Positions 1 to 9,102 of a DNA stretch of 64,000 nt are shown here, in pieces; the first letter of the stretch is position 1, and each line of letters opens with the position of its first letter. Position numbers and translations under genes: made by a program. Source of the DNA: an uncultured Coriobacteriaceae bacterium (GTDB lineage Bacteria > Actinomycetota > Coriobacteriia > Coriobacteriales > CADBOM01); NCBI GenBank assembly GCA_964581165.1, contig CAZOMM010000001.1, positions 14,560 through 78,559 of the forward strand, given 5' to 3'. The notes under the pieces were generated by a model. It saw nothing but the letters and a program-made list of their open reading frames with translations, made no database searches and was not told where the DNA came from.

Positions 1-1
1 T

Positions 2-484
2 GGCAGGGGTTCGGGGCTAAGCGACGAGGCTTTGCTCCGTAAAATTGAAGTTATCAAGCACGGTATTGAGGCCAATAAGCCAGACCCTAATGATGCATTG
101 GACGTGCTTGCTAAAGTTGGGGGCTTTGATATGGCTGGAATGGCCGGCCTTTTCATAGGCGGGGCAGTACATAGAGTTCCCATTGTCATAGATGGTCTGA
201 TCTCGTCTGCCGCTGCTCTTGTTGCAAAACGTATTTGCCCTGAATCTGAAATTGCAATGATAGCTAGTCATGTTTCTGCCGAATGCGCTTCTAGAATGGT
301 GCTCGATGAGCTTGGTTTAAAGCCTCTTATCGATGCAGGTCTAAGGCTAGGCGAGGGAACTGGTGCGGTTTGTGCGATAGCCCTTCTGGATTTGGGGTTA
401 AGGGTTTATCGCGAGATGGTCACCTTTGAAGATACCGGCATCGAAGCCTATGTTCCTCTGGGTGGAGAAGGCGGCCTTAAATGA
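2..484 (+). CDS. cobT: nicotinate-nucleotide--dimethylbenzimidazole phosphoribosyltransferase, C-terminal part (5' end outside window)
   Basis: The frame is open from the window edge. The C-terminus (...DAGLRLGEGTGAVCAIALL...) is CobT-like. It is followed by cobU and cobS. Confidence 0.85.
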   Translation, partial: GRGSGLSDEALLRKIEVIKHGIEANKPDPNDALDVLAKVGGFDMAGMAGLFIGGAVHRVPIVIDGLISSAAALVAKRICPESEIAMIASHVSAECASRMVLDELGLKPLIDAGLRLGEGTGAVCAIALLDLGLRVYREMVTFEDTGIEAYVPLGGEGGLK

Positions 485-1005
485 GGTTTTTGCTCACAGG
501 AGGTTCGGCCTGTGGTAAGAGCAGCTTTGCAGAAGAGCTGGCACTTAGATTGGGTGGAAACCTTGTTTATATAGCTACCATGCGCCCTTATGGTGAGGAA
601 GGCCTAGCTAAGATTAAGCGTCATCGAAAGATGAGAGCATCAAAGGGTTTTACAACAATCGAGTGTCAGATTGATCTAATCAATGTAGTGGTAGATCCCG
701 AGTCTACAGTTTTGCTCGAATGTCTATGCAATCTAATGTCCAATGAGATGTTTGATGAATTTGGGAATTTGAGAGATGTTCAAGCAAAAATAGTCTCTGA
801 TATCAACGAATTGGCTAAGCGCTGTCAAAATCTGATAGTTGTTACAAACGATGTAGCTTCGGAATATCTTGATGATTATGACGAGGGGACGCGCGAGTAC
901 GCACTTGCGATAGGCAGGGCCAATATAGACTTGGCTGCTCAATCGGATCACGTTTATGAGTTAGTTTGTGGGATCCCTCTGCTGTTAAAAGGCGAGCTTT
1001 TATGA
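481..1005 (+). CDS. cobU: adenosylcobinamide kinase / adenosylcobinamide-phosphate guanylyltransferase
   Basis: 174 aa with P-loop GGSACGKSS, a His-containing KRHRKMR segment and a CobU-like C-terminus. Its ATG overlaps the cobT stop (ATGA at 481). Confidence 0.85.
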   Translation: MRFLLTGGSACGKSSFAEELALRLGGNLVYIATMRPYGEEGLAKIKRHRKMRASKGFTTIECQIDLINVVVDPESTVLLECLCNLMSNEMFDEFGNLRDVQAKIVSDINELAKRCQNLIVVTNDVASEYLDDYDEGTREYALAIGRANIDLAAQSDHVYELVCGIPLLLKGELL

Positions 1006-1775
1006 CGTTGCTTAGATCGATAGCGATGGCATTTTCGATGTTTTCCATCGTTCCTATGCCAAGGATTGAGTGGAACCCTAAATCCATGCGCTACTCCTTG
1101 GCGGCCTTTCCCTTAATAGGCGTTACTGTTGGCCTTTTGCTTTGGGGATGGGTAAGTCTTTGTGCTTTGCTGGACCTTAAGGCTGCCATTCGGGCATTAG
1201 GCTTGGTTTTGATTCCTCTTGCTGTGAGTGGCGGAATTCACATGGACGGCTTTGCCGATACTGTAGATGCAATTGCTAGTAGGGCAGAACCTAATCGCCG
1301 CCGTCAGATCCTGAAGGATTCAAACATCGGTGCTTTTGCGGGCATGGGCATAGCTAGCTATCTGATTATTCAATTTGCCATAGCAATGGAGCTAGAAATT
1401 ACGGCTCCGTCTTTAGCTTGCATTTGTATTTCGCCTGCTTTAGGAAGAACAATTAGCGGTATGGCTTCGATTGCTTTTCCGGGAAGTTCTAAAACTGGCC
1501 TTTTGGGAACATTTAGGGAGTCAAGCGATAAAAGACCTGCATTTATAGCGCTTGCCATGATGTTTGTACTGCTAGTTGTGCTTCTAGGAATCTTTGCTGG
1601 TTGGCCTGCTGCCGTAGGGGCGCTTTGCATTGCTGTTCTTGTTAGCGCTTTTGTGTACCGAATGGCAACAAAGCGCTTTGGCGGCATGAGCGGTGATATT
1701 GCGGGCTATCTGCTGCAGCTAATAGAACTTGCATACCTTGTACTGGCTTTTGCTGTAGGAAGGATGTGGATATGA
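1002..1775 (+). CDS. cobS: adenosylcobinamide-GDP ribazoletransferase (cobalamin synthase)
   Basis: Polytopic membrane protein with the HMDGFADTVDA motif. The ATG at 1002 overlaps the cobU stop (ATGA). The ORF-track start at 966 is probably too far upstream. Confidence 0.85.
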   Translation: MTLLRSIAMAFSMFSIVPMPRIEWNPKSMRYSLAAFPLIGVTVGLLLWGWVSLCALLDLKAAIRALGLVLIPLAVSGGIHMDGFADTVDAIASRAEPNRRRQILKDSNIGAFAGMGIASYLIIQFAIAMELEITAPSLACICISPALGRTISGMASIAFPGSSKTGLLGTFRESSDKRPAFIALAMMFVLLVVLLGIFAGWPAAVGALCIAVLVSAFVYRMATKRFGGMSGDIAGYLLQLIELAYLVLAFAVGRMWI

Positions 1776-2113
1776 TCCTAGTTGTTGGCGCTGCTGCATC
1801 TGGCAAGCGCGATTATGTGAGATCTTTGGGCTACGATGATAGTTCTATAGCCGATGCTCTTATCGATGACAGACCTGTTTTGGTAAATCTTCAAGATTTG
1901 GTATTGCAAGATCCAGGCAAGGCCTCAGACTTGTTTGATGTGTTGCTTGGCAAAGAAGTTGTAGCTTGTAATGAGGTAGGGAGCGGAATTATACCCGCAA
2001 CTCCAGAATTAAGGCGAGCAAGAGAAGCAACAGGGCGCCTATGTAATCGTCTTGCTAAAGAAGCTACAAATGTAGTACGAATGGTTAGCGGAATTCCTGT
2101 GACAATTAAATAA
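1772..2113 (+). CDS. short CobU-like P-loop protein (mini-CobU, 113 aa)
   Basis: Has a P-loop (GAAASGKR) and a CobU-like C-terminal block (NEVGSGIIP...GRLCNRLA...VSGIP) but lacks the central region. Its ATG overlaps the cobS stop (ATGA). Confidence 0.6.
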   Translation: MILVVGAAASGKRDYVRSLGYDDSSIADALIDDRPVLVNLQDLVLQDPGKASDLFDVLLGKEVVACNEVGSGIIPATPELRRAREATGRLCNRLAKEATNVVRMVSGIPVTIK

Positions 2114-2134
2114 TTAAATCGATTGGAGTTTTTT

Positions 2135-2698
2135 ATGCGAAGAACATTTGAAGAAGATCTTCAAAGAGCTGTAGATTTTCATGGGCATCTGTGCGCTGGA
2201 CAGGTTATCGGAACTAGATTGGCGAGGCTCGGCCTTTCGCTTTTTGGCCTTGAAGGATCTGAAGATGCTCGTGACATCGTGGTTTTTGTAGAAAACGACA
2301 GGTGCTGTGCCGATGCTGTTTGCGTAGTTGCTGGAGCTCATCCTGGCAAACGTCGCTTGAAGATGTACGACTACGGCAAGCTAGCTGCGTCATTTTTGGA
2401 CATTTCTACCGGTAAAGCCTATAGAATCGCTCCCAAAGAAGTAGGCCATTGTGGGCATGATGACGATCCAATCGTCTTTTTTGAGCGCTTTACAGACGAA
2501 GAAATGTTTGATGTTCAAGCTGTAAAAATCGTATTAGATCCCAAAGATTCACCCGGCAGGCCTTCTAGGCGAATAGAATGCGAAAAGTGTGGCGAAAGAG
2601 TTCTTGATGGTCGTGATGTTGAAATAGATGGTCATTTCTACTGCTATGCCTGTGCAGGAAAACCAATCTACTACTCCGTGCTCGTTAACAATGAATAA
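2135..2698 (+). CDS. FmdE-family protein with C-terminal zinc ribbon
   Basis: Has the FHGHLCAGQVIGTRLA motif typical of the FmdE domain and a C-terminal CEKCGERV...YCYACAG ribbon. GGAG lies 6-7 nt upstream of the ATG at 2135. Confidence 0.75.
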   Translation: MRRTFEEDLQRAVDFHGHLCAGQVIGTRLARLGLSLFGLEGSEDARDIVVFVENDRCCADAVCVVAGAHPGKRRLKMYDYGKLAASFLDISTGKAYRIAPKEVGHCGHDDDPIVFFERFTDEEMFDVQAVKIVLDPKDSPGRPSRRIECEKCGERVLDGRDVEIDGHFYCYACAGKPIYYSVLVNNE

Positions 2699-2839
2699 TT
2701 TATATATCACCCTGTGAATTACAGTGCGTTCTAATATTTTTTTCTACTTTATTAGAATGCAGCCTTAAAAGTAAGCTTCTTTCAATTCCTCTTCAGTTTA
2801 CTTATTTAGAGTCGAAGTTTCGAAAGGGGGTTTGCATAT

Positions 2840-3523
2840 ATGAACATACTTGTCGTTGAGGATGAGGAGAGTTTGGCGGCCGCGCTCAAGCAAATACTTA
2901 TCGACTCTGGGTATGGTGTCGATGCGGTTTTTGATGGCCAGGCCGGACTTGACTATGCGATGAGTGGAATGTATGACGTTGTGGTCTTGGACGTTATGCT
3001 TCCCAAAATGGACGGCTTCGAAGTAGTCCAGCGGATGAGGCAGCTTGGAAATTCGACACCAGTTTTGCTTCTTACCGCTCGTACCACCCTTTCCGACAAA
3101 GTCACCGGTTTAGATAGCGGTGCAGATCAGTACATGACCAAGCCTTTTCAGCCCGAAGAGCTCCTAGCGAGAATTCGTGCAATGTCTCGTAGGAAGGGGG
3201 AAGTAGTGTACGAAAAGCTGGAATTTGGGGATCTAGAACTTAACCTAGATACCAGCGAACTCAAATGCGGAAACAGATTCGTTCATCTTAGCTACAGGGA
3301 GTATGAGGTAGCTAAACTGTTTATGTCCAACCCTAATCACACATTTTCTAAAGAGCAAATTCTTCTTAAGGTGTGGGGTGTGGGTTCAGAGGTAGCCGAT
3401 AACAGTGTAGAAGCTTATGTTTCGTTCTTGCGCAAAAAGCTGAAGTACCTTAGAACCAACGTAGAGATAGCCACATTGCGTATGCTGGGCTATCGCATGC
3501 AGGAGAAAAACGCAGATAGGTAA
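2840..3523 (+). CDS. OmpR-family response regulator
   Basis: REC domain (ILVVEDEE...DVVVLDVMLPKMDG...TKPF) plus a winged-helix Trans_reg_C end (VEAYVSFLRKKL...LGYRM). Confidence 0.9.
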   Translation: MNILVVEDEESLAAALKQILIDSGYGVDAVFDGQAGLDYAMSGMYDVVVLDVMLPKMDGFEVVQRMRQLGNSTPVLLLTARTTLSDKVTGLDSGADQYMTKPFQPEELLARIRAMSRRKGEVVYEKLEFGDLELNLDTSELKCGNRFVHLSYREYEVAKLFMSNPNHTFSKEQILLKVWGVGSEVADNSVEAYVSFLRKKLKYLRTNVEIATLRMLGYRMQEKNADR

Positions 3524-3545
3524 GAGAAAGTTCTTCAACTAGACT

Positions 3546-3592
3546 ACGAGACTCGTCTGTGGTAGAAACGCAGCGAGTCTCGTTTCGTGTTT
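3546..3592 (+). terminator. terminator-like hairpin between response regulator and kinase genes
   Basis: Perfect 10-bp arms ACGAGACTCG (3546-3555) and CGAGTCTCGT (3574-3583), followed by TTCGTGTTTT. Confidence 0.5.
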
Positions 3593-3604
3593 TAGGAGCA
3601 GCTT

Positions 3605-4978
3605 TTGTTTATAAAGCGGAGTACTTCCACAAAGCTTTTTAAAACTTTTAAGCGACGTATTACATTAGTAGCCACACTTGTGCTAACTGTAGTGCTTTTT
3701 CTTATCCTTCTCATTTTTAATGTTGACATGTATCGCCACCAGCTAAATGAAATCCGAGGCGCAATGAGATATGCCTTGGATATAGGGGGAAGCGATCTCT
3801 ATATTCCCGATATGGAGTTTTATGATGGCGAGGGCAATATAGAGTCTAACAACAGAGCCTTGTATCAGGGCACTGTGATTGTCTATACCGTAGAGGTTAG
3901 CAATACTGGGCTTATTGTTTCTAGGAGCGATAACGTTTATGTCAACGAGGCTGTCCTAGTAGATTCGGTGTTGCAAATCCTGACCTCCGACGAAGAAAGA
4001 GGAGAGATTAAAGAGTACAGTCTTCTGTACGAAACCCGCGAAATTACCGGTGGAATTAGAATCGCTTTTGCAGATTCCGAGGGATTAAATTCCTCCGTTT
4101 TATCTAGGGCAACATTTTCGGCTCTTATGCTTCTTGTTTCGGCTGTTGTCTTTTTGATTATTAGTTACTTTATTGCCAGAGTTTCTGTTAAACCGGTGGA
4201 AAATGCTTGGAAGTCACAACAGCGTTTTGTCGCAGATGCGTCTCATGAACTCAAAACTCCCCTCACCGTAATGCTTGCAGACAGTGACATTGTCAAAATG
4301 CACCCAGAGTCTACAGTCAAAGAGCAGATGCGGTGGATCGATGGAATTCATGATGAGGGAATCAAGATGCAAGGCCTTGTTCAGGATTTGCTTTTGCTAG
4401 CTCAAACAGAGCCTGGGAGCTATGGCGAAGAAGATACTGCCAATTTGGAGAAAATCGATCTTTCTGGTCTTGTCGAAAAGGATGTCCTGCAGTTTGAGGC
4501 ACTTGCTTTTGAACGGGGGATTGAGTTTGAAAGCGAGATTGAGGATGGTTTAAACATTAAGGGTGATCTTGAGAAGGTAGATCGAGTTGTGAGAATTCTG
4601 CTTGATAACGCCCTTAAGTATGCCAAAGGTGCAGCTGAGGACTCAGATATCAAAAACGCTGGCTTGTCTTTGAATTTAGACGAGATGTCTGCTGATGCTT
4701 TGCAAAATGTTGTAAAGGTAAGCTTGGCTAAAGGAAGATCTCAGGCTGTGCTTAAAGTTAACAATGGGGGAGAGCCGATCCCAGAAGAAGATTTGCCCCA
4801 TGTGTTTGAGAGGTTTTATAGGGGAGATAAGGCACGCACTGGGTCTGGCTCAAGTTCGGGATTTGGACTAGGGCTTGCAATTGCGCACAATATTGTTACT
4901 GGTTACGGCGGGAATATAGACGTAAGCAGCGATGCAGAAAATGGCACCACCTTTACTGTACGCCTGCCTTTGTTCTAA
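3605..4978 (+). CDS. sensor histidine kinase (HisKA/HATPase_c)
   Basis: Two TM segments, an H-box FVADASHELKTPLT and G-boxes ...GFGLGLAIA. The TTG start has TAGGAG 7 nt upstream. Confidence 0.85.
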   Translation: MFIKRSTSTKLFKTFKRRITLVATLVLTVVLFLILLIFNVDMYRHQLNEIRGAMRYALDIGGSDLYIPDMEFYDGEGNIESNNRALYQGTVIVYTVEVSNTGLIVSRSDNVYVNEAVLVDSVLQILTSDEERGEIKEYSLLYETREITGGIRIAFADSEGLNSSVLSRATFSALMLLVSAVVFLIISYFIARVSVKPVENAWKSQQRFVADASHELKTPLTVMLADSDIVKMHPESTVKEQMRWIDGIHDEGIKMQGLVQDLLLLAQTEPGSYGEEDTANLEKIDLSGLVEKDVLQFEALAFERGIEFESEIEDGLNIKGDLEKVDRVVRILLDNALKYAKGAAEDSDIKNAGLSLNLDEMSADALQNVVKVSLAKGRSQAVLKVNNGGEPIPEEDLPHVFERFYRGDKARTGSGSSSGFGLGLAIAHNIVTGYGGNIDVSSDAENGTTFTVRLPLF

Positions 4979-5219
4979 TTTGGCTGTAGCCCCGTTTTAG
5001 CGATTCTTCATGTTAAAAACCATCGCTATTGCTGGCTATTGCTGGCGAGGACTGTTTGAGTCCAGCGCGGCTTCTGCACACCCATCCGGCAATGCTGTCA
5101 ATTCTGCTTTAACATGGGGCGGTAGCGATTTGGCCTGGAGTAGCAATGTGGCCTGCTATTGCAGCAGGCCACAAACTAGAGTTCAAATCGCCTCTAACCC
5201 AAAAACTAAGGTTCAAAAA

Positions 5220-7136
5220 CTAGAGCACCGACTCTTCGATAATCTTGAGGAAGTCATCCAGTGGCCTATCTCCCAAGTTGCCCTGAGACCTCTCTCTTAC
5301 CGACACTGTGCGATCTTGCTGCTCACGATCTCCGACCACCAGCATGTAGGGGATCTTTTGTTGCTGAGCCTTAGCAATCTTGGCCTTCATAGGCTCATTT
5401 TGCTGATAAAGCTCAGCGCGTCCACCCAAGGCGCTAATTTTGGAGTGAATTTCGTTTGCGTAGTCGCAGTGTCTGTCTGCAATAGGGATAATGGCAACCT
5501 GAATAGGCGCAAGCCATAGCGGCAAAGCACCTGCGTAATGCTCTATCAAAATCCCCAAGAATCGCTCGATCGAACCAAAGATTGCCCTATGAAGCATCCA
5601 GGGTCTTTCGTCGGTATTATCTTCGGTGCGATAAATCAAGCCAAAGCGTTCGGGTAGGTTAAAGTCAACCTGCACAGTTGAGCACTGCCAAGTTCTTCCA
5701 ATTGCATCTTTTACCTTGATATCAATCTTGGGGCCGTAAAATGCTCCGTCGCCTTCGTTGATCTCGTAGTCGAGTTTGTGCTTTGCGCAGGCTTGACGTA
5801 GGGCTTCGGTTGCATGTTCCCACATGTCGTCGGTGCCAATAGACTTTTCGGGCCTAGTTGAGATCTCGGCCTCATACTTAAAGCCAAAGGTAGACATGAT
5901 GTGGTCAACCAAATCGAGTATTGCTACAACCTCGTCAACTACCTGGTCTCGTGCGCAATAGACATGGGCATCGTCTTGAGTAAAGCCGCGAGCTCTCAAA
6001 AGCCCATGCACAACTCCACTCATTTCGTGACGATAAACAGTTCCAAATTCAAAATATCTAAGTGGCAAATCACGATAGGAGTGCAGGTCGTTCTTGTACA
6101 GCATCACATGCCCAGGGCAATTCATGGGCTTTACGCCATACTCCGAATAACGAGGTTCTTCTTCGCTACCCTCGTTGATATTGAAGAAGTACATATTTTC
6201 GCGGTAGTAGTCGTAATGTCCCGAGGTCTTCCAAACATCTGCATTGTAGATATGTGGAGTAATTACCTCTTCGTATCCGCGCGCATACAGGTCTCGACGC
6301 AGCCATTCCTGCAAAATGCGAATAACTCGTGCTCCTTTGGGAAGATATAGAGGTAGACCTACACCAGCCATGGGATCCATCGTAAAGATGCCAAGCTCAC
6401 GCCCGAGTTTTCTATGATCTCTCTTTTCGGCCTCTTCGAGCCTAGTGAGATAATTTTTAAGATCCTTTTTCGAAAACCAAGCAGTTCCATAGATGCGCTG
6501 GAGCATCTGTCGCTGTGAATCTCCGCGCCAGTAAGCCCCTGCGTGCTTCATCAACTTAAAGGCTGTTAGCTTGCCGGTAGACGGGATGTGGGGGCCACGG
6601 CAAAGATCAGTAAAGTCTCCCTGGGTGTATAGGGTGATGGGGGCATTTTCGGGAAGCTCGTCTATCAACTCAAATTTGAGTTCTTGTTTAGGTAGAGCCT
6701 CTATGGCCTCGGCTTTAGAAACCACGCGTCGAGAGAAGGGCTGGTCTGCAGCAACAATTTGATGCATGCGCTCTTCGATCTCGTTTAGATCTTCAGGTGT
6801 TACTGGTCTGCCAATCTCAATATCGTAGTAAAACCCGTCTTCTATGGCCGGGCCAATTCCAAACTGTGCATTTGGATGAAGCTGCTTGATTGCTTCTGCC
6901 ATGATATGGGCCGCTGAGTGTCTAAGGATATCGAGAGCCTCAGGAGATTTAGATGTGATTATTTCGACTGTTTGGTCATCTGATATTTCGTGACTCAGGT
7001 CAACCAGCTCGCCATCTAACTTGCCTGCTAGGGCTGCTCGAGCAAGTCCGGAACCGATTTCTGCGGCTACGTCATAAACAGTCGCAGGCTGCTCAAATTC
7101 TTTTTGTGAACCATCGGGAAGCTTAATCTTTATCAC
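5220..7136 (-). CDS. thrS: threonine--tRNA ligase
   Basis: Has a TGS domain, the editing-domain HSAAHIM motif, class II core motifs and an anticodon-binding end. The likely start is the GTG at 7136, with GGAG upstream; the ORF track extends to the TTG at 7163. Confidence 0.9.
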   Translation of the reverse strand: MIKIKLPDGSQKEFEQPATVYDVAAEIGSGLARAALAGKLDGELVDLSHEISDDQTVEIITSKSPEALDILRHSAAHIMAEAIKQLHPNAQFGIGPAIEDGFYYDIEIGRPVTPEDLNEIEERMHQIVAADQPFSRRVVSKAEAIEALPKQELKFELIDELPENAPITLYTQGDFTDLCRGPHIPSTGKLTAFKLMKHAGAYWRGDSQRQMLQRIYGTAWFSKKDLKNYLTRLEEAEKRDHRKLGRELGIFTMDPMAGVGLPLYLPKGARVIRILQEWLRRDLYARGYEEVITPHIYNADVWKTSGHYDYYRENMYFFNINEGSEEEPRYSEYGVKPMNCPGHVMLYKNDLHSYRDLPLRYFEFGTVYRHEMSGVVHGLLRARGFTQDDAHVYCARDQVVDEVVAILDLVDHIMSTFGFKYEAEISTRPEKSIGTDDMWEHATEALRQACAKHKLDYEINEGDGAFYGPKIDIKVKDAIGRTWQCSTVQVDFNLPERFGLIYRTEDNTDERPWMLHRAIFGSIERFLGILIEHYAGALPLWLAPIQVAIIPIADRHCDYANEIHSKISALGGRAELYQQNEPMKAKIAKAQQQKIPYMLVVGDREQQDRTVSVRERSQGNLGDRPLDDFLKIIEESVL

Positions 7137-7166
7137 TTTTGTTTCTCCTCGATTCTCATACAAGTT

Positions 7167-7207
7167 GGAAATAAAGAGGGCCGCACTCGCTTTTGCAAGG
7201 ACGGCCC
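7167..7207 (-). terminator. putative intrinsic terminator after the zinc-ribbon membrane protein gene
   Basis: On the minus strand, a GGGCCG...CGGCCC stem (7207-7178) is followed by TCTTTATTTCC. Confidence 0.45.
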
Positions 7208-7247
7208 AGATAACTTAGGGCTAGACGCGATGGGGCCTCCTCGGATA

Positions 7248-7802
7248 TTAGTAGGTTCTATCCGATGTTCGACGGTTTCGATTGCCGTTTGCCGACTCAC
7301 GACGTTCGCGTGAATTTTGAGATGCTGTATCGCCGCGCCTTGCTGCTCTATCAGATTTACTTGGAGCAGGCGCTGCACACCAAGGACAGATCGACCATCT
7401 TGGGTCTAGTGGCTTTCCGCATTTGTAACAGGAGTTTTTGAGCTGAGAACCACAGTTTGGGCAGACCAGATAGTCATCGCAAACGGGATAGCTGCAACGT
7501 CCACATTCTCCGTAGCGCATCAACTCGCGCTGCCTGAGCAGGTAGTCCAGCTCTTGTTCTTCTTTATCGGCTAAAAGAATATTGGGCCGCATTGCCGAAT
7601 AAAGCAGCGCTCCCAAAAAGGGGATAAGCGAAATGATCCCCCATTTAACAGGCGAAACACCTCTTTTAGGTGCATCATGAATAACCCAGACTATTGTGAT
7701 GATGTAAAGCGCCACAATAATGCTGAGTCCAAAAATAGCCACAGTTTGAACTTGTGACAGCAGCTCGCTCAACTTTTCAAAACCTCCTTGCAATGCCATC
7801 AC
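7248..7802 (-). CDS. membrane protein with PLD-N-terminal-like TM hairpin and double zinc ribbon
   Basis: Two TM helices (VWVIHDAPKRG...ISLIPFLGALLY), then CGRCSYPV..CPNCG...CYKCGKPL...CPWC. Confidence 0.6.
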   Translation of the reverse strand: MMALQGGFEKLSELLSQVQTVAIFGLSIIVALYIITIVWVIHDAPKRGVSPVKWGIISLIPFLGALLYSAMRPNILLADKEEQELDYLLRQRELMRYGECGRCSYPVCDDYLVCPNCGSQLKNSCYKCGKPLDPRWSICPWCAAPAPSKSDRAARRGDTASQNSRERRESANGNRNRRTSDRTY

Positions 7803-8045
7803 CCGATAGCATGGGAGCCGTAAGCTCGGCTGTAGAGAAGGCCTATACGTCAGATTGCACTTCGCAGTCGAGCTGTTAAAGTTTAGCAGACATGTTTCTT
7901 GGTCGCATGATATGCCATTAATAGCTCCGCAAACGATTCTTTTGGTTTGGTGCTGGTTTTAGGCCTGGCTTAGGCCTAGCTTAGAGCTGGTCGTTTGATT
8001 GCAAGCGCAAGCTGGGGTAGACGCTCAGATTAAGTTTAGTGTTTG

Positions 8046-8477
8046 TTAGTGTTGGCAATTTGGAGCTTCTGGCACCTCAATGCCCAAGGCATCCGAGGCC
8101 ATCTGTCTAAGATCTTGGATAGTTAGGCAATAACAGGCTAGCGCATCAATCCATCTACGCAGACAATTTCTTCCCTTGTCTGTAAGCGTAAACATACGCT
8201 TGGCGGCACCGGTATCGGGAGTGTCCCAAGACGCGCTAATCAGCTCCTGCTCCTCCATACGTTTAAGAGTTCTATAGATGCCTGCTGCGTCGGGTTTGCT
8301 GCCGCCAAACATTGGAGATGCTGCAGCTAGTTTGACAATCCTATATCCGTGAAGGGGTTTTTTTGATTGTGCAAGAATGGCAAGGATTGTCGGCTGAGAC
8401 ATTCTAGACAGGCTTTTACCTAACTCTGCACATTCATTTAAGTCGTTGTCGCTTTTAGGATGACATCCGCTCCACAT
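8046..8477 (-). CDS. PadR-family transcriptional regulator
   Basis: ILAILAQSKKPLHGYRIVK...YRTLKRMEEQELISASWD is a PadR winged helix. AGGAG lies upstream of the ATG at 8477. Confidence 0.8.
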   Translation of the reverse strand: MWSGCHPKSDNDLNECAELGKSLSRMSQPTILAILAQSKKPLHGYRIVKLAAASPMFGGSKPDAAGIYRTLKRMEEQELISASWDTPDTGAAKRMFTLTDKGRNCLRRWIDALACYCLTIQDLRQMASDALGIEVPEAPNCQH

Positions 8478-8572
8478 TTGGTGATTCTCCTGTCAGGCAT
8501 CAGGCGGTGTCCCGCCGTTTAAATTATCTCCTCAACCTTAAGAAGCGCCGCAGCCTGATTATTCTATATCGC

Positions 8573-8608
8573 CCAAACCGTTCGCCGGATCCAAACCGTT
8601 CGCCGGAT
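8573..8608. repeat. perfect 18-bp tandem duplication CCAAACCGTTCGCCGGAT x2
   Basis: Read directly: copies at 8573-8590 and 8591-8608. Confidence 0.9.
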
Positions 8609-9102
8609 TAAACATTAGTCTTTGGGTACTCAGAGAGACCCTTGATATAATAGACCATGTCAAATATATGAGCGATGCAAAACATGGTGAGCCAACATGG
8701 TTTGTGTTGCGACAGCTCCTTATCGAACCGGCTCGAGAACATCCCATCCTGGCAAATATTGGATGTTTTCGAGTGCCGGTTCGAATATTTTCAACACCTA
8801 ATTTACTTTGAGTTTGTCTTTTAATCCCCCATTAATTCTGTTTTTGTGCTTAGCTGTCCATGGCCGGGCATCTATGCGCTTAAGTTGAATGCAACTCAAT
8901 CTAAATCTTTGTACTTTTTTGTACTTTTGCGAGATGAATAGCATGAGCAGAACGCTCCCTTTACGGAAGGTAAAAATCTTCAGTTTCCAGCAGGGCCCTA
9001 TCTTGGTTATTATTTCTGTGGTCTTTATTTCTATAGTCAAAACACGTGCGATTCGGCATGTGCGATTTAGCGATTTAGATTTTTTGAGGGTGGTTTTTGG
9101 GG

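Noticed and set aside
5901-6350. 149-aa plus-strand ORF, plus other 60-170-aa ORFs overlapping thrS (for example 5010-5519)
   Set aside because: They are antisense to, or run into, the thrS coding region and have no motifs. The thrS frame explains the sequence.
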